Assembly: GCF_000143415.4 (NCBI RefSeq)
Contig: NW_003314286.1
Coordinates: forward strand, 146,433 to 185,334
Length of the DNA stretch: 38,902 bases
Origin: Selaginella moellendorffii
Taxonomy: Eukaryota; Plantae; Lycopodiophyta
Direction of reading: 5' to 3'
The notes below the pieces were generated by a model. That model was not told the DNA's origin, did no database searches, and saw nothing but the letters and a program-made list of their open reading frames with translations. Of this stretch, positions 36,136-38,902 are shown piece by piece (the stretch's first letter is position 1; each line of letters opens with the position of its first letter). Position numbers and translations under genes: made by a program.

Positions 36136-36327
36136 ATGGCATGAGGCCTCACGCTATCTTTGGCCCCTGCTAGCCTGTTGCTATATTCCTTTTGCCTTAC
36201 TGCAACTGTATATATTTTTGTGTGCGTGACTAGTCACCCATACAAAAATATATACAATTGCAGCAAGGCAAAAGGAATATGGCAATAGGCTAGCAGGGGC
36301 CAAAGATGGCATGAGGCCTCATGCCAT
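36136..36327. repeat. 192-bp spacerless inverted repeat
   Basis: Two 96-bp arms symmetric about GTGACT|AGTCAC (36226-36237), with scattered mismatches and no indels. Confidence 0.95.
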
Positions 36328-36519
36328 CTTGATATACACACAGCTGCAGGCAAGTAAAAACATACATGACAATACGCTAGCCATGAAATTGCAAGGGCCC
36401 AAGATGGCATGTGGCTTCATGCCATTTCTAAATGTGGTCCTAAGCCATTCCATGGTGAACATACCAGGAAGCACAAGTGCCGAATATCAAGAGGAAGCGG
36501 TAGCCACACCAAAGACAGT

Positions 36520-36650
36520 GCCGCTCGCAACACCGCAACTACTCGTAGCGCCGCTCGCAACACCGCAACTGCTCGTAGCGCCGCTCGCACAAACTGCCAC
36601 TCGCATAAACTGCCGCTCGCAATGGCGCTCGCAATGCCGCAACCGCTCGT
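36520..36650. repeat. 30-bp tandem repeat and GCCGCTCGCA sub-repeats
   Basis: GCCGCTCGCAACACCGCAACT(A/G)CTCGTAGC occurs twice, plus partial copies. Confidence 0.85.
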
Positions 36651-37484
36651 AGACGCATAAACCACAGCCCACAACGCCGCTTACACAAGCAGCGCTCACT
36701 GCGCTCAGCGGAACCAAGAACACGGCGCACAAAAATGATAGACCTAGGAATGAGTTCGAGAATTCAAAAATAACACACGCTTGAACGTCACATCAAATCC
36801 TCTGACAAACCAGATCTTATGATTCCTCTGACAAATTTCAAACTGAGTAGCTTCTAGACTTTGCTGTCGGAGGTTGAACTTTGTCACATCATGTCCTTGC
36901 CTCGATCCAGCTGTGCCATGTCAGTGATTCGAACTTTGCCATGCCATGTCAGCGATCCGCGCCAAGATTATTCGCCGTGTAAAGGAATAATTACGCTGTG
37001 TGTGTACGTCCATTTATGGCAATATAAGGCCACACGCCATTCAAAGAATAATGCTCGACATAAGGCCACACGCCATTCAAAGAATAATGCTAGTCGAGCA
37101 TTTTTTGGTGCATTTTTGGGTTCAAAATTGCATGAGCCCACACGCTATAAAGTTTACCTGTACCAAAAATAGAAACAGCTTTATTTACTTGGGAATTTAA
37201 GTGGTTGAGGCATTTTTAAACTTACAAACACATGCCCTACTTACATTCCTTTGGTTGCCTAAAATTCAAAAATATTATAAACCTTTCTTTTTGCATTTTC
37301 AATGTTTTCAATTATGGTTTTTGATTTTCGTAGGACCAGCCTAGTAATCTATTTGCATCCCGTCATGTTTATAGCTAGCTTTCGTTTGTCCCCTTCGCTA
37401 GCCTGAGATACATCTGCTCGGCATCTGCCTCTTACAGCATTTGCCCAGAAAGGGCATCTTTCTTCACGCAGCATTTGCCACATG

Positions 37485-37517
37485 TTTAGGGTTTAGGGTT
37501 TAGGGTTTAGGGTTTAG
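37485..37517 (+). repeat. Interstitial plant telomere repeat (TTTAGGG)x4.7
   Basis: TTTAGGGTTTAGGGTTTAGGGTTTAGGGTTTAG. Confidence 0.95.
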
Positions 37518-38733
37518 CAATTCAGTAGCTTGATAAACATGCAAATACAGAACTTGATGCAAAATCCTTTGATATGTCACAATGCCCCTAGGACCATAAA
37601 CACATTTCAATAGAGAGGGTCCTTTCATTTCATAACTCCTTACGTAGATCTTGGTGAAACCAGAGTTAGTGAAGTTAGTTTCTTGTGATCCCGCATCTGA
37701 TTGTGATGTCCCTTTGCAGTTTCGATGGAAAGGTCAATGCACACCAAACTGTGAAATCTTGGAGCAAAATAACGGTCGGATCTATGGCAAATGCCCCTGA
37801 AACATTGTAAGGCTCGTGTGGTCTCATGTGGTGTCCGATTGAGATGCTTCTTTGCAGGGTCATCAAGAAAGACATTGTATACCATTCTGTAAAATCTAGT
37901 TGCGATCTAACGGTTGGATCTCCAGAAAACTCAAAAAAATTTCGTGCGTGTCAGAATATCCTAGGAATATACTCCTATGTGCCCCTGAAAATGGCATGCG
38001 GCCCCACGCCATTCAAGAGATAATGCCAGATGACGCCGAGAATTTTTTGGTGCATTTTTTGGGTTCAAAATTGCATGAGCCCACACGCTATAAAGTTTAT
38101 CTTTGCCAAATAGAGAAAAGTTTATCTGTGTCATGTGAGGTAGTTACAGTCCTTTGTGCTCGGCATCTGCCTCTTGCAGCATTTGCACTGAAAGGGAATT
38201 TTTCTCCATTCAGCATTTGGCCCTAAAAATGGCATGCGCCCACACACCATTCAAGGAATAACGCCACAGGACGCCTGGATTTTTGGGTTTAAAATGTTTA
38301 GGGTTTTTTGGGTTTTTTCAAAATATTTTGGGTCCAACGTTTTTTGGGTTTCTTTGGTTCAAAATTGCATGAGCCCACACGCTATAATATTGATTTGAGA
38401 GAAAAATAGAAACAGATAGAATTTCTTTATTTAGCTGAACATCTGCCATTTTTGGAAATACAAGATGCTTTGGAATATCCAATCATGCATGGTATAAATA
38501 TAGCGAGGGTATTAAATGATATCCCAATCATGATCTTTCTTTTGGATTTCGCGTGCATGCAGTCCGAGGAATGATGATGTTGCGGATTTCTTTTGGATTT
38601 TGCGTGCTTGCATGCGCGCGGCAATCCAGAAATTAATGGTGGCGCCCAAGTCCGAGGAATGATGACGTGGCGGGATTACCAACCGTTGTGACATTTCGCG
38701 CGTGTGAGGTTAGGTTTTGCATTTTGCTTTGTA

Positions 38734-38902
38734 CTCGCGCTCGCACACTCGCGCTCGCGCTCGCATCACACTCGCGCTCCCGCTCGCATCGCGCTCCCAC
38801 TCGCGATCACGCTCACTTCTCTACAGGTTTCTCGTGTGCATCGGCGTCCACTCGCGCTTGCATCACACTCGCGCTCGCATCGCGCTCGTGTGCATCGGCG
38901 TC
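38734..38902. repeat. CpG-rich CTCGCG/CTCGCA hexamer-based repeat region
   Basis: Repeated CACTCGCGCTCGC units and a duplicated CTCGTGTGCATCGGCGTC; runs off the window end. Confidence 0.85.

Larger units (their letters stand above)
31676..38902 (-). mobile_element. Sola-like DNA transposon, copy B (>7.2 kb; other terminus outside the window)
   Basis: Same terminus as copy A, contains the transposase pseudogene, and the element-specific 22-bp palindromic motif continues to ~38385. No inverted copy of the terminus was seen in the window. Confidence 0.75.

Noticed and set aside
37485-37517. True chromosome end
   Set aside because: Fewer than five repeats, with ordinary element sequence on both sides.
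36030-38385. CRISPR array built from the 22-bp palindromic repeat
   Set aside because: Spacing is irregular (tens to hundreds of bp), copies are degenerate, there are no cas genes and the context is eukaryotic.

Overview
Eukaryotic plant genomic DNA. It is most consistent with a lycophyte such as Selaginella, inferred from the GC-rich PLS-type PPR genes, very short introns, a fungal/bacterial-type 2OG-Fe(II) oxygenase and TTTAGGG repeats. The left ~16 kb is gene-bearing but heavily rearranged. It holds an 812-aa PPR ORF with an extra N-terminal 'FGKHKG..LP..YL.W' domain, an intronless ~890-aa 2OG-Fe(II) oxygenase gene with two broken paralogs inside a tandem duplication, PPR and other gene debris, a miniature LTR element and a hAT-like end. 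The right ~22 kb is a nest of transposons: a Copia pol relic, a short-period satellite beside a 100-N gap, a Tat/Athila-like integrase, and a chromovirus-type Gypsy gag-pol. It also holds a complete 594-bp Cassandra-like TRIM with 5S rRNA sequence in both LTRs, and two copies of a large Sola-like DNA transposon. That transposon is studded with a 22-bp palindromic motif and carries a 192-bp spacerless palindrome upstream of its transposase. The most notable items are the Cassandra-like element, which shares LTR termini and PBS with the Gypsy it sits in (a candidate autonomous partner), and the palindrome-laden transposon. All family assignments are from motif recognition by eye; no searches were run.
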